Notes under the pieces: model-generated
What the model saw: the letters and a program-made list of their open reading frames with translations, nothing else
Told to the model about the DNA's origin: nothing
The model's database searches: none
Translations under genes and position numbers: made by a program
In this document: piece after piece, positions 14,794 to 23,302 of the stretch
Position numbering within the stretch: position 1 is the first letter of the stretch
Layout of the letters: the number at the start of each line of letters is the position of its first letter
Source: an uncultured archaeon
Lineage (GTDB): Archaea; Iainarchaeota; Iainarchaeia; Iainarchaeales; DATDZZ01
Reading direction: 5' to 3'
DNA: 32,000 bases
Assembly (NCBI GenBank): GCA_964373795.1
Contig: CAYJVY010000008.1
Coordinates: 40,992-72,991 of the forward strand

Positions 14794-15272
14794 CTGAAAT
14801 AAATGTATTAAATTCAATTAAAGAATTACTTGAAAAAAACAAAATAACCTTTTCTGTTTATTCTCATGAACCTGTTTTTACTTCTGGGCAAGCTGCAAAA
14901 GTTCGCGGAAGAGGATTAGAAGAAGGATTAAAAAGAGGTGCAAAAGCAATTATTGTAAGATCTGAAGGAAAATTTTATCAATTCATTATTCCTGCAAACA
15001 AGCAACTTGATTTCAAGAAAGTTAAAAAAATTCTTAAAACAAAAAGCGCTAGTTTTGCTTCAATTGAAGAAGTAAAACAAGTAACCAATTGCACTCCTGG
15101 AAGCGTTCCTCATTTTGGAAATTTATTTAACATCCAAGTTTTTGCAGAAAAATCTTTACTTGAAAACAAAGAAATTGACTTCAATGCAGGAAAACATGAA
15201 ACAAGCATTACAATGAAATGTCAGGATTGGATAAAAGTTGTTCAACCACTTATGGAGGAATTCTCGGAATAA
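14790..15272 (+). CDS. YbaK/ProX-type aminoacyl-tRNA trans-editing (deacylase) domain protein
   Basis: 160-aa ORF overlapping the HIT stop by 4 nt (ATGA). GAKAIIVRSEGKFYQFIIPANKQLDFKKVK...GSVPHFGN...IDFNAGKHETSI resembles the YbaK/EbsC fold signature. Confidence 0.7.
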   Translation: MTEINVLNSIKELLEKNKITFSVYSHEPVFTSGQAAKVRGRGLEEGLKRGAKAIIVRSEGKFYQFIIPANKQLDFKKVKKILKTKSASFASIEEVKQVTNCTPGSVPHFGNLFNIQVFAEKSLLENKEIDFNAGKHETSITMKCQDWIKVVQPLMEEFSE

Positions 15273-15379
15273 ATTTTTGCCTCGTCATTCAATCGGGAAT
15301 TTTTATTTTTGTAAATTTTTTTGTTTTTTGTCAACTTTTTAGTGTTTTTCTGAAAAGAAAACACGCTAAAAAAGTTGTT

Positions 15380-15463
15380 GCAGGGATGGCAGAGTGGTCT
15401 AATGCGCACGCCTGGAAAGCGTGTATCTTCACGGATGCACGAGTTCGAATCTCGTTCCCTGCG
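15380..15463 (+). tRNA. tRNA-Ser (anticodon GGA)
   Basis: GCAGGGA TG GCAG AGTGGTCTA ATGC G CACGC CTGGAAA GCGTG TATCTTCACGGATGC ACGAG TTCGAAT CTCGT TCCCTGC G. Class-II cloverleaf, G73, no CCA. Confidence 0.9.
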
Positions 15464-15577
15464 TTCTGCTTTTTCTTAGGAAGAAAAAGCAAGTTGCAAA
15501 AAGAAAGAAAAGGTTTAAGAGGTTGCAAAAAGAAGCAATTGCTGTTGCAATTATAGAAAAGTTTTTTGGATCAAAAC
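15464..15577 (+). repeat. Direct-repeat copy B: tRNA-Ser 3' flank (paralogous to 9087..9211)
   Basis: See copy A. Block 15491..15541 matches 9125..9175 at 49/51 positions. Confidence 0.8.
15468..15490 (+). terminator. Perfect 10-bp polypyrimidine/polypurine hairpin with T5 run after tRNA-Ser(GGA)
   Basis: GCTTTTTCTT (15468..15477), loop agg, AAGAAAAAGC (15481..15490). This is the positional homologue of hairpin 9092..9123. Confidence 0.35.
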
Positions 15578-15659
15578 TTTCTTTCTTTTCAGAAAAGAAA
15601 GAAAACTTGACTTTTTGCAAAATATAGTTGTTCGCGCTCGCCGCGCGTGACGACATTTT

Positions 15660-15743
15660 GCAGGGTTGCTGGAGCGGCCAAACAGGCTAGGTTAAGGACC
15701 TAGTGGCTTAGTGCCTACACAGGTTCGAACCCTGTACCCTGCA
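15660..15743 (+). tRNA. tRNA-Leu, anticodon AAG under the canonical fold (unusual A34)
   Basis: GCAGGGT TG CTGG AGCGGCCAA ACAG G CTAGG TTAAGGA CCTAG TGGCTTAGTGCCTAC ACAGG TTCGAAC CCTGT ACCCTGC A. Class-II tRNA with A73 discriminator (Leu identity) and G37. The 7-nt loop TTAAGGA puts AAG at positions 34-36. Confidence 0.85.
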
Positions 15744-15767
15744 TTTTTGAAAACGTGAGGGAAAAAA

Positions 15768-16256
15768 ATGAAGCAAACAACTTTATGTTTTTTAATTGAA
15801 GGAAATCCTCCTAAAAAAATTCTTTTAGGTTTAAAGAAAAGAGGTTTTGGTAAAAATAAATTAAATGGTTTTGGAGGAAAAGTGCAAGAAAACGAATCAA
15901 TTGAAGAAGCAGTTTTAAGAGAATTAGAAGAAGAAACAGGAATTAAAGCGCAATTAAAAGGCATTTCAAAGGTTGGAGAACTAACCTTTATTTTTCCTCC
16001 ACTTGAAAAAGAGCATGAATGGAATCAAACAGTTCACATTTTTTTTGTATTCAAATGGCAAGGTCATCCAATTAAATCAGAAGAAATGCAACCTTTTTGG
16101 ATGAATGTTCAAGAATTGCCTTTTGAAAAAATGTGGCAAGACGATAAGTATTGGTTGCCAAAAGTTTTAAACAATAAATTTGTTAAAGGAAAATTTATTT
16201 TCAATGAAGACAATGAATCATTTAAAGAATTTGAATTAAACGAATTCAATCTTTGA
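15768..16256 (+). CDS. NUDIX hydrolase (MutT/MTH1-like)
   Basis: Nudix box GFGGKVQENESIEEAVLRELEEETGI. The C-terminal WQDDKYWLP segment resembles 8-oxo-dGTPase/MTH1-type proteins. GTGAGGG SD upstream. Confidence 0.8.
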   Translation: MKQTTLCFLIEGNPPKKILLGLKKRGFGKNKLNGFGGKVQENESIEEAVLRELEEETGIKAQLKGISKVGELTFIFPPLEKEHEWNQTVHIFFVFKWQGHPIKSEEMQPFWMNVQELPFEKMWQDDKYWLPKVLNNKFVKGKFIFNEDNESFKEFELNEFNL

Positions 16257-16323
16257 ATTTTGTTCTAGTCACTCCTCAAATTTGAACCAAAAGCAATTAA
16301 TTAAATGAATTAATAATTTCTTC

Positions 16324-17301
16324 ATGAACAAATACTTCGTTATGCTTGCATTGATTTTTTTGCTTCAATCATTTGTGTTCTCAGAAGAAGTTAATATGGA
16401 TGAATTAGACAAACAATTATTTCCTTTTAAAGTAATTGATTTTAACGCTTCGAGTGAAGTAACTGCTTTAGTTGAAAAAACTATTGAAAAAGAGTTTTCT
16501 CCTGATTTTAAAATTGTGAAAATTGATTCTTTTAAGTTAAAGAAAAACTTTGACCCAAATCCAGAAATTTATTTACCTGAAATATATGATATGGATTTTT
16601 CTTTTGATGACAAAAATATTTCAAACCAAGTTCTTGTAAAAGTTTGGCTTGAATCAACTAATCTTTCAAAATTTGGCTTAACATATTCTGGATATGTTTC
16701 ATATAAAATTGATAAAGAAAAAATAATTGCATTTAATGATGTTGTAACAACTGATCAAAGCATTGGCAGTGATTTAACTCTTGATTCTGCAAAAAAATTA
16801 ATTGAAAAGTTTGAAAATAATTCTCAAGTAAAAGAGTTTCTTTCTCAGTTTCCAGATGCAAAACAAAAATATGCTTTAGTGGGTTATTACAATTTTTCCA
16901 TGACTTCAAATGATGGATATTATTCAATTCGTTTTTCTCCTTTCGCGGATAAAGTTGAATCTTTTTCCTTGCCATCACGTTTTGAAGCAAGTTTTCCTTT
17001 AATTAAAGAATTTAAAGAAGAAGTAAAGAAAAGAGGTTGCACTCTGGATGAAAGTACTGCTATAACTGTTTACTCTCCTGAGGATTGGCTGGAAGGACCT
17101 TCAGATGATATAACTATTTCAGGGGAAGTTCAAGGAAATTGTGTAAAAGATTTTAATGATAGAATAGTTATTAAAAAACACGGTTTGAGTAGAATAATTA
17201 TAATAATTGCCGCAATTATTATTGAAACTTTTACCTTATTTGCAACAAGCATTAGATTTATCTTGAATTTGTTGGCTACTATAATTAAAATTTCACCATA
17301 A
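16324..17301 (+). CDS. Hypothetical secreted protein with C-terminal membrane anchor
   Basis: 325-aa ORF. N-terminal signal-like helix (YFVMLALIFLLQSFVFS) and C-terminal hydrophobic helix (RIIIIIAAIIIETFTLFATSI). No family recognised. Confidence 0.55.
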   Translation: MNKYFVMLALIFLLQSFVFSEEVNMDELDKQLFPFKVIDFNASSEVTALVEKTIEKEFSPDFKIVKIDSFKLKKNFDPNPEIYLPEIYDMDFSFDDKNISNQVLVKVWLESTNLSKFGLTYSGYVSYKIDKEKIIAFNDVVTTDQSIGSDLTLDSAKKLIEKFENNSQVKEFLSQFPDAKQKYALVGYYNFSMTSNDGYYSIRFSPFADKVESFSLPSRFEASFPLIKEFKEEVKKRGCTLDESTAITVYSPEDWLEGPSDDITISGEVQGNCVKDFNDRIVIKKHGLSRIIIIIAAIIIETFTLFATSIRFILNLLATIIKISP

Positions 17302-17745
17302 ATTATTTTTTGTTAAAAAGTTTTTAATATTGTACCAAAACAATTTATGATCAAATGCAAAATCAGTTTTATCTAATTGTTTTGCGTTCATCCATTCAGT
17401 TATTGTTTCATTAGTTGATTTGATGGTTTTCCCAACATTGTCTTTAATGCATAAAAATCCCACATCTATTACATGCCCTCTTGGATCTCTTAAAGGATTT
17501 GATCTAACGTCAATTAATTGAAGATCTGTTAAATTTATTTTCACTCCAGTTTCTTCTCTTAATTCTCTTACTCCTGTTTGATATAAGTCTTCTTTGTCTA
17601 CTTCCAAATACCCTCCTGGAAAAGCATGTTTTTCTTTAAAAGGCTCATTTTTTCTTTTAATTACTAGAAACTTTTTTTCTTTTCTTACATACAATGCAAT
17701 AGTGGAAGCAACTGAAGGTTTTTTGAAATCTTTTTTGTAATCCAT
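17293..17745 (-). CDS. NUDIX hydrolase
   Basis: Nudix box PGGYLEVDKEDLYQTGVRELREETGV. 150 aa. Overlaps the convergent upstream ORF by 9 nt. Confidence 0.8.
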   Translation of the reverse strand: MDYKKDFKKPSVASTIALYVRKEKKFLVIKRKNEPFKEKHAFPGGYLEVDKEDLYQTGVRELREETGVKINLTDLQLIDVRSNPLRDPRGHVIDVGFLCIKDNVGKTIKSTNETITEWMNAKQLDKTDFAFDHKLFWYNIKNFLTKNNLW

Positions 17746-17834
17746 TTTTTAAACCTGACAAATTAGGTTAGTTAAAGAATTTAATTCTTTTCAATTATCG
17801 ATGAATTTAAATAATTGTTTTTCTTATTATTGTT

Positions 17835-18335
17835 ATGTCTAAAAATTCTGTAGGAAAAACTGGAAAGCCTAAAAGAAGACATAAACTAGCCGAAGAAAAG
17901 TTTTTTCATTTAGCTAAAGAGCTTTCAAAGCATGAAAAGCTTTCAAGAGTAAAATATTTTTTAACTCAGTTAATTCAAAAAAAAGAGTTTTTGGAAAAAA
18001 TGATTAACTCTGTTTTTCCTGAAATAGCTCTTTCATCTATTTTAACTGATTTTACTGAATTGCTTGCGCTTCAAAAAAAATTAAATGAAAAAGAAAAAAT
18101 TTCTTTAACTAAGGCAAGAGAGCAATTTTTCTTAGAATTAAAAAAAGAATTAGGAAATGTTTCAGTTGAAAAAGAAAAGCCTTCCTTAGAAGAATTAAAA
18201 GATTTCGCTGTCAGGCTTAAAAAACAAAGACTTAATTTAAAAAAATTAATTTTAGAGAAATGCGAGCCTGAATTGAATAGAGTGAATGAATTGATTATTG
18301 AGTTTAATGAAAAAGCAATTAAATTGCAAAGATAA
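17835..18335 (+). CDS. Hypothetical Lys/Glu-rich coiled-coil protein
   Basis: 166-aa ORF of helical low-complexity composition. No motif recognised. Confidence 0.45.
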   Translation: MSKNSVGKTGKPKRRHKLAEEKFFHLAKELSKHEKLSRVKYFLTQLIQKKEFLEKMINSVFPEIALSSILTDFTELLALQKKLNEKEKISLTKAREQFFLELKKELGNVSVEKEKPSLEELKDFAVRLKKQRLNLKKLILEKCEPELNRVNELIIEFNEKAIKLQR

Positions 18336-18400
18336 TGTTTTTAATGACTTTAAGTGATTCAAATATCTTTAAATAACTTGGTTTTATTAATTTTTTTAAA

Positions 18401-18475
<75 letters not shown>

Positions 18476-18490
18476 TTTTTGAGGGATTGA

Positions 18491-20356
18491 ATGAATTTCA
18501 AACAATCAATTGCAAATGCTTTAGCAGAGATTTTAGGAAATGAAGTGTCATTTCAAGAAATTCTTGAATGGATTGAAGTTCCAAGAGATTCTTTGCATGG
18601 AGATTATTGTTTTCCTTGCCATAAATTAAGTAAGACATTGCAAAAATCTCCAATAGAGATTGCACAAATTATTTCCAAGCAATTAGAGTTTGATTCAAAT
18701 GTAATTGAAAAAATTGAGGTTGCAGGGCCATTCATTAATTTTTTTGTAAACAAATCTGTCTTAACTAAAAAAACTTTAACTGAAATACTTGAAAAAGAAG
18801 ATCTTTTTGGATCGAATAATATTGGAAAAGGGAAAAAAATTGTAATAGAATTTTCCTCTCCTAATACTAACAAGCCTTTACATATAGGGCATGTGAGAAA
18901 TAATTCTATTGGAGATGCAATTGCAAATATTTGTAAAGCTCTTTCATTTGAAGTAATCAAATATTCCATTATTAATGATCGCGGAATTCATATTTGCAAG
19001 TCAATGCTTGCTTACAAGAAATGGGGTTTGAATAGAAATCCAAAAGAAGAAGGAATTAAATCAGATCATTTTGTTGGACAATTCTATGTTTTGTTTAATA
19101 AAAAATTGCAAGAAGATTCTTCACTTGAATTAGAAGCTCAAAACTTGTTAAAGAAATGGGAGCAAGGAGATAGTGAAACAATTGCTTTATGGAATAAAAT
19201 GAATTCATGGGTTTACCAAGGATTTGAAAAAACTTATTTAGATTTCAAGGTTTCATTTGATGAATTTTTTTACGAGTCACAAATTTATAAACAAGGAAAA
19301 GAATTAATTGACGAAGGCTTAAGCAAAGGGGTTTTTCTTGAAAAAGACGGAGCAATTATTGCTCCTTTAAAAAAATTTAATTTGCCTGACAAGGTTTTGA
19401 TTCGTTCAGATGGCACTTCAATTTATGTTACTCAAGATATTTACTTGGCTAAACTAAAATTTGATAAATATGGTTTTGATCAAGCAATTTATGTTGTTGG
19501 CTCTGAACAAAATCTTTACTTTAAACAATTATTTTCTGTTTTAGAATTACTTGGATTTGAGTGGAGTAAAAAATTGCATCATTTAAGTTATGGAATGGTT
19601 TACCTGCCAAAAGGGAAAATGAAGTCAAGAGAAGGAACAGTTGTTGATGCAGATAACTTGTTAAATGAATTAATTTCTTTAGCTGTAGAAGAATTAAAGA
19701 AAAGATATTCTTTGAGTAATGAAGAATTGCTTCAAAAAAAGAAAGAATTAGAGAAAAGATTTAATGTAAACGAATTGAAATCTGAAACTGCAAAGGAAAA
19801 AATAAAAAAAGAGCTTTCATTAAAAGTTGAAGAATTAAAGGAATTCGGATTGCTTGGAAGAAAAGAATTTGAAAAAAGAGCTAAAGCAATTGCTTTAGCT
19901 GCAATAAAGTTTTACATGCTAAAAATTGATGCAGTTAAAGATATTCATTTTAATCCAAAAGAATCTGTTTCATTTGAAGGAGAAACAGGGCCATATATTC
20001 AATACTCTTTTGCTAGAGCTAAATCAATTTTAAATAAATCTGAAATAAATGAAAAATCTTTAATGAAAGCAAATTTTTCTTTACTAAAAAATGAAAAAGA
20101 ATTAGAATTAATTAATTTGCTTTCAACCTACCCTGAAGTAATTAAAGACTCTTTTAATTCTTTGTCTCTTCACAAGTTATGTCATTATTTAATTGAGTTA
20201 TCCTCTTTATTTAATTCGTTTTATCAAAGCGTTAGCGTATTAAATGCTGATTCAGAATCTTTAAGGAATGCCAGACTTGCTTTGGTTAAAGCTGTTTCAA
20301 TTGAATTAAAAAATGGTTTAAGTATTCTTGGAATTGATGTTTTAGAGGAAATGTAG
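18491..20356 (+). CDS. argS: Arginyl-tRNA synthetase
   Basis: Class-I HIGH region SSPNTNKPLHIGHVRN, a KMSK-like GKMKSREG, and a C-terminal DALR-type anticodon-binding helix bundle. A Lys/Glu-rich insert lies before the anticodon-binding domain. Confidence 0.9.
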   Translation: MNFKQSIANALAEILGNEVSFQEILEWIEVPRDSLHGDYCFPCHKLSKTLQKSPIEIAQIISKQLEFDSNVIEKIEVAGPFINFFVNKSVLTKKTLTEILEKEDLFGSNNIGKGKKIVIEFSSPNTNKPLHIGHVRNNSIGDAIANICKALSFEVIKYSIINDRGIHICKSMLAYKKWGLNRNPKEEGIKSDHFVGQFYVLFNKKLQEDSSLELEAQNLLKKWEQGDSETIALWNKMNSWVYQGFEKTYLDFKVSFDEFFYESQIYKQGKELIDEGLSKGVFLEKDGAIIAPLKKFNLPDKVLIRSDGTSIYVTQDIYLAKLKFDKYGFDQAIYVVGSEQNLYFKQLFSVLELLGFEWSKKLHHLSYGMVYLPKGKMKSREGTVVDADNLLNELISLAVEELKKRYSLSNEELLQKKKELEKRFNVNELKSETAKEKIKKELSLKVEELKEFGLLGRKEFEKRAKAIALAAIKFYMLKIDAVKDIHFNPKESVSFEGETGPYIQYSFARAKSILNKSEINEKSLMKANFSLLKNEKELELINLLSTYPEVIKDSFNSLSLHKLCHYLIELSSLFNSFYQSVSVLNADSESLRNARLALVKAVSIELKNGLSILGIDVLEEM

Positions 20357-20410
20357 GTTTTTTTTAACATGCTTTTATAGGTTTTCTTCAAGCAATATCA
20401 TTAAAATAAT

Positions 20411-20418
20411 TTTATATA
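20411..20418 (+). promoter_or_regulatory. TATA-box-like element (TTTATATA) positioned for a leaderless RSH transcript
   Basis: TTTATATA lies 20-27 nt upstream of ATG 20438, with no SD in between. This spacing fits archaeal leaderless mRNAs. Confidence 0.35.
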
Positions 20419-20437
20419 CTATTCTTGTGTGCTTTGC

Positions 20438-22138
20438 ATGGCTGGAAATATTGATTATAAAAAGTGTTTACAAAAAATCTTTGATAAAATACTTAAACAA
20501 GGAAATACGCCTGATAAGGAATTAATTTCAAAGGCTTTTTGGTTTGCTGAAGGACATCACAGAGGACAAAAAAGAGCTTCAGGAGAACCTTACATTACTC
20601 ACCCAATTGAAATGGCTTACAATTTAGCAGAGCATGGATTTGAAGGAGAAGTTATTGCTGCTGCTTTAATGCATGACTTAATTGAAGATACTGGTGTAAC
20701 TTATAATCAAATAAAGAAATTGTTTGGAAAAAGAACTGCTGATTTAGTTGAAGGAGTAACTGATGTGGCTGAACTTGCGAGGAAAACAAAAGAAGAAGAA
20801 TTGGCGTTGGTTTTGCAAAAAATTTTTTTAGTTGCAAAAAAAGACGTTAGAGTACTATTGGTTAAATTAGCTGATGTATTGCATAACATGAAAACAATTT
20901 CTTTTTTGCCTAAAGAAAGATCCTTAAAATATTCTCAAAAAGTTTTAGATGTTTATGCTCCTCTTGCACATAGACTTGGATTGCATTCCTTAAAATATAC
21001 ATTAGAGGATTTAGCTTTTCAATGCGTTAACCTGAAAGAATATAATGAAGTTAAAGAAATTCTTGTAAAGAGAAATAAAGAAAGAGAAAAAGAATACGAG
21101 TTAATAATTAAACTTCTTAAAAGAAAAGTTAAAGAGAAAAAAATTAATGCCGAGTTTTATATTTTTGAACGCCCAGTGCATAACAGTTTAGAGAAAGCGG
21201 GATATGTTAAAAAATCTGTTAAAGATTTAGAGGATTTAGCTTTTTTAATTGTTTTAGTTGACTCTGAAGATGATTGTTATAGAATGTTGGGTTTAATTCA
21301 TAAAAACTATCCTCCAAAACCAAAAAAAATAAAAGATTTTATTGCAATTCCTAAAGGATTGTATCAATCTCTTCATACAAGTATTGTTGGTCCTAAAGGA
21401 CATACTGTAAAGGTTTACATTAGAACTCATGAAATGGAGGATATTAGAAATAGGGGGATTGTTCCATTAATTTTAAAGCATCCAAGTCAAAAATTTTCAT
21501 TAAATGGAAAATTTGAATGGCTTCACGGAATTCATAAATTGCATAAAGAGTTTTCTCTTTCAAAAGACTTTTTAGAAGCTTTGAAAAAAGATTACTTGGA
21601 TGAAAGAATAATTGTTTACAATAAAGACGGAATTGGAATTGAGCTTCCAATTAATTCAACTTCTTTGGATTTTGTTTACTTAACTGATTTTAAAAAAGCT
21701 GATTATTGTATTAAAGCCAAGGTTAATGGAGTTTCAGTTCCTTTTTGGGAGAACCTTCAATCAGGAGATAAAATTGAATTAGAGTTTTCAAACCAACTTC
21801 AAGTTGATAATTCTTGGATTAACTATGTTCGATCGCCTAGATCAATTAAATTAATTGAAAAATCTTTAGAAGAAAATGAAAAAGGTTTGAAAAAAAAGTT
21901 TTTTTCAGTTAATCTTCAAATAAAAATTTTAAATGTGCCAGGAGTATTATACAAGATTTCAAAATTAATTGCAGATAAAAAAATTAATATTGTTACATTT
22001 AATTCTCTGGGAGAACAACCCCATGCTAATTGTAATTTTACTTTAGCAATTCATGAAAAAGAACAATTAGACTCACTAATTAATGAAATTAAAGGAATTG
22101 AGGAAGTTTCAGGAATTGATTATTTTGTAGTTGATTAA
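20438..22138 (+). CDS. Long RelA/SpoT homologue (HD hydrolase - degenerate synthetase - TGS - ACT)
   Basis: HD domain: HHRGQKRASGEPYITHP, AALMHDLIEDT, VKLADVLHNMKT, YAPLAHRLGL. RelA_SpoT-like region: YQSLHTSIVGPKG..VKVYIRTHEM. TGS: IELPINSTSLDFVY...KAKVNGVSVPFWENLQSGDKIELE. C-terminal ACT-like: LQIKILNVPGVLYKISKLIADKKINI. The ORF track starts at GTG 20429; ATG 20438 is more likely. Confidence 0.85.
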   Translation: MAGNIDYKKCLQKIFDKILKQGNTPDKELISKAFWFAEGHHRGQKRASGEPYITHPIEMAYNLAEHGFEGEVIAAALMHDLIEDTGVTYNQIKKLFGKRTADLVEGVTDVAELARKTKEEELALVLQKIFLVAKKDVRVLLVKLADVLHNMKTISFLPKERSLKYSQKVLDVYAPLAHRLGLHSLKYTLEDLAFQCVNLKEYNEVKEILVKRNKEREKEYELIIKLLKRKVKEKKINAEFYIFERPVHNSLEKAGYVKKSVKDLEDLAFLIVLVDSEDDCYRMLGLIHKNYPPKPKKIKDFIAIPKGLYQSLHTSIVGPKGHTVKVYIRTHEMEDIRNRGIVPLILKHPSQKFSLNGKFEWLHGIHKLHKEFSLSKDFLEALKKDYLDERIIVYNKDGIGIELPINSTSLDFVYLTDFKKADYCIKAKVNGVSVPFWENLQSGDKIELEFSNQLQVDNSWINYVRSPRSIKLIEKSLEENEKGLKKKFFSVNLQIKILNVPGVLYKISKLIADKKINIVTFNSLGEQPHANCNFTLAIHEKEQLDSLINEIKGIEEVSGIDYFVVD

Positions 22139-23253
22139 AGATCAATTGGAACTTTGCATATCTGGCATTTTTCTAAAACTCTTTTTTTTGCAATTCTTAA
22201 AGCAGCTTTTCTTGGAGAACATTTTTGTTTTTCCATTTCTTTTAATATTAGTTTAGTGTTTTTAGTAATTTTTTCTTGAATCATTTTAAACATTTCTTGT
22301 TCTGTTCCTTCAATGAATTCAATGTATGAAGAAATTACTCCCCCTGCATTTGCAACAAAATCAGGAATAACTAGAACTCCTTTGCTGTGCAATAATTTTT
22401 CAGTATGATGTTTCATTGGAATATTTGATCCTTCGACAATTATTTTTGCTTTAATATTGTCAACATCTTTTACGTCAATTAAATTTGGAACAGCAGCTGT
22501 AATTAAAATATCTACATTTAGTGAAAGAATTTCATGATTTGGAAGAATCTCTCCTGGCTTGTAATAAGTTACAGTCATTTTTTCTTTTTTTATTCGTGCC
22601 AGTTCTTCAAAATTTAATCCATCTTTATTGAAAATAATTCCCCTTGAATCTGATACTGCAACTATTTTTGCTCCTGCTTCACTTAAATATTTTGCTGCAA
22701 ACCAGCCAACGTTTCCAAATCCTTCAATTGCAATTGATGCATTTTTTAAATTCATTTTTTTATACTCGCATGCAACTTTTGTTGCATGAAATACTCCCCA
22801 CCCAGTTGACCCTAATTCGTGCGGCAATCCATTCAAGTCTTTTGGTTTTCCTGTAACAGATTTTAGTGAACCATTTGTTTTAGCTATTATCCTCATTTCG
22901 TCTTCTCCCATATTCATATCTGGAGCCGCCACATATAATTCTGGAGAAATTATTTTTATTGCTTCAGCAAAATCTCTTACAATTGATTCTTTTACTTCTT
23001 TTGATATTTTTTTGTCATCAGCAATTATTCCTGCTTTTGCTCCTCCAAAAGGTAATTCAGCTAAAGCACATTTCCAAGTCATTGTTCTAGCCAATTCAAA
23101 TACTTCATCTAATGAAACAGTTGGAGTCATTCTAATCCCTCCTTTTCCAGGCCCTAAAGCAGTGTTATCTATTACTACAAATCCACGCATTCCACTTTTC
23201 GGAGAATAAACTTGAATAATTTTTTCAGGTCCAAATTCATCAAATTCAACCAT
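22135..23253 (-). CDS. Glu/Leu/Phe/Val-family amino-acid dehydrogenase (short, about 370 aa)
   Basis: GPGKGGIRM and PFGGAKAGI catalytic-Lys region. Rossmann motif IEGFGNVGWFAAKYL. AGAGGT SD upstream. Confidence 0.85.
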   Translation of the reverse strand: MVEFDEFGPEKIIQVYSPKSGMRGFVVIDNTALGPGKGGIRMTPTVSLDEVFELARTMTWKCALAELPFGGAKAGIIADDKKISKEVKESIVRDFAEAIKIISPELYVAAPDMNMGEDEMRIIAKTNGSLKSVTGKPKDLNGLPHELGSTGWGVFHATKVACEYKKMNLKNASIAIEGFGNVGWFAAKYLSEAGAKIVAVSDSRGIIFNKDGLNFEELARIKKEKMTVTYYKPGEILPNHEILSLNVDILITAAVPNLIDVKDVDNIKAKIIVEGSNIPMKHHTEKLLHSKGVLVIPDFVANAGGVISSYIEFIEGTEQEMFKMIQEKITKNTKLILKEMEKQKCSPRKAALRIAKKRVLEKCQICKVPIDL

Positions 23254-23302
23254 TTTTAAAACCTCTAATCATTTAAGGCTTAAATTAATTTAAAAAGTTT
23301 AC

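Noticed and set aside
15218-15964. ORF-track entries 15218..15556, 15331..15528, 15421..15627, 15429..15656 and 15692..15964
   Set aside because: They overlap tRNA-Ser(GGA), tRNA-Leu and the repeat flank, or are antisense to the NUDIX gene. The tRNA cloverleaves explain the sequence. They are spurious.
22135-22138. Convergent RSH and dehydrogenase genes sharing a TTAA so their stop codons overlap; likewise the 9-nt convergent overlap at 17293..17301
   Set aside because: This is real, but typical of streamlined genomes. There is no evidence of special regulation.
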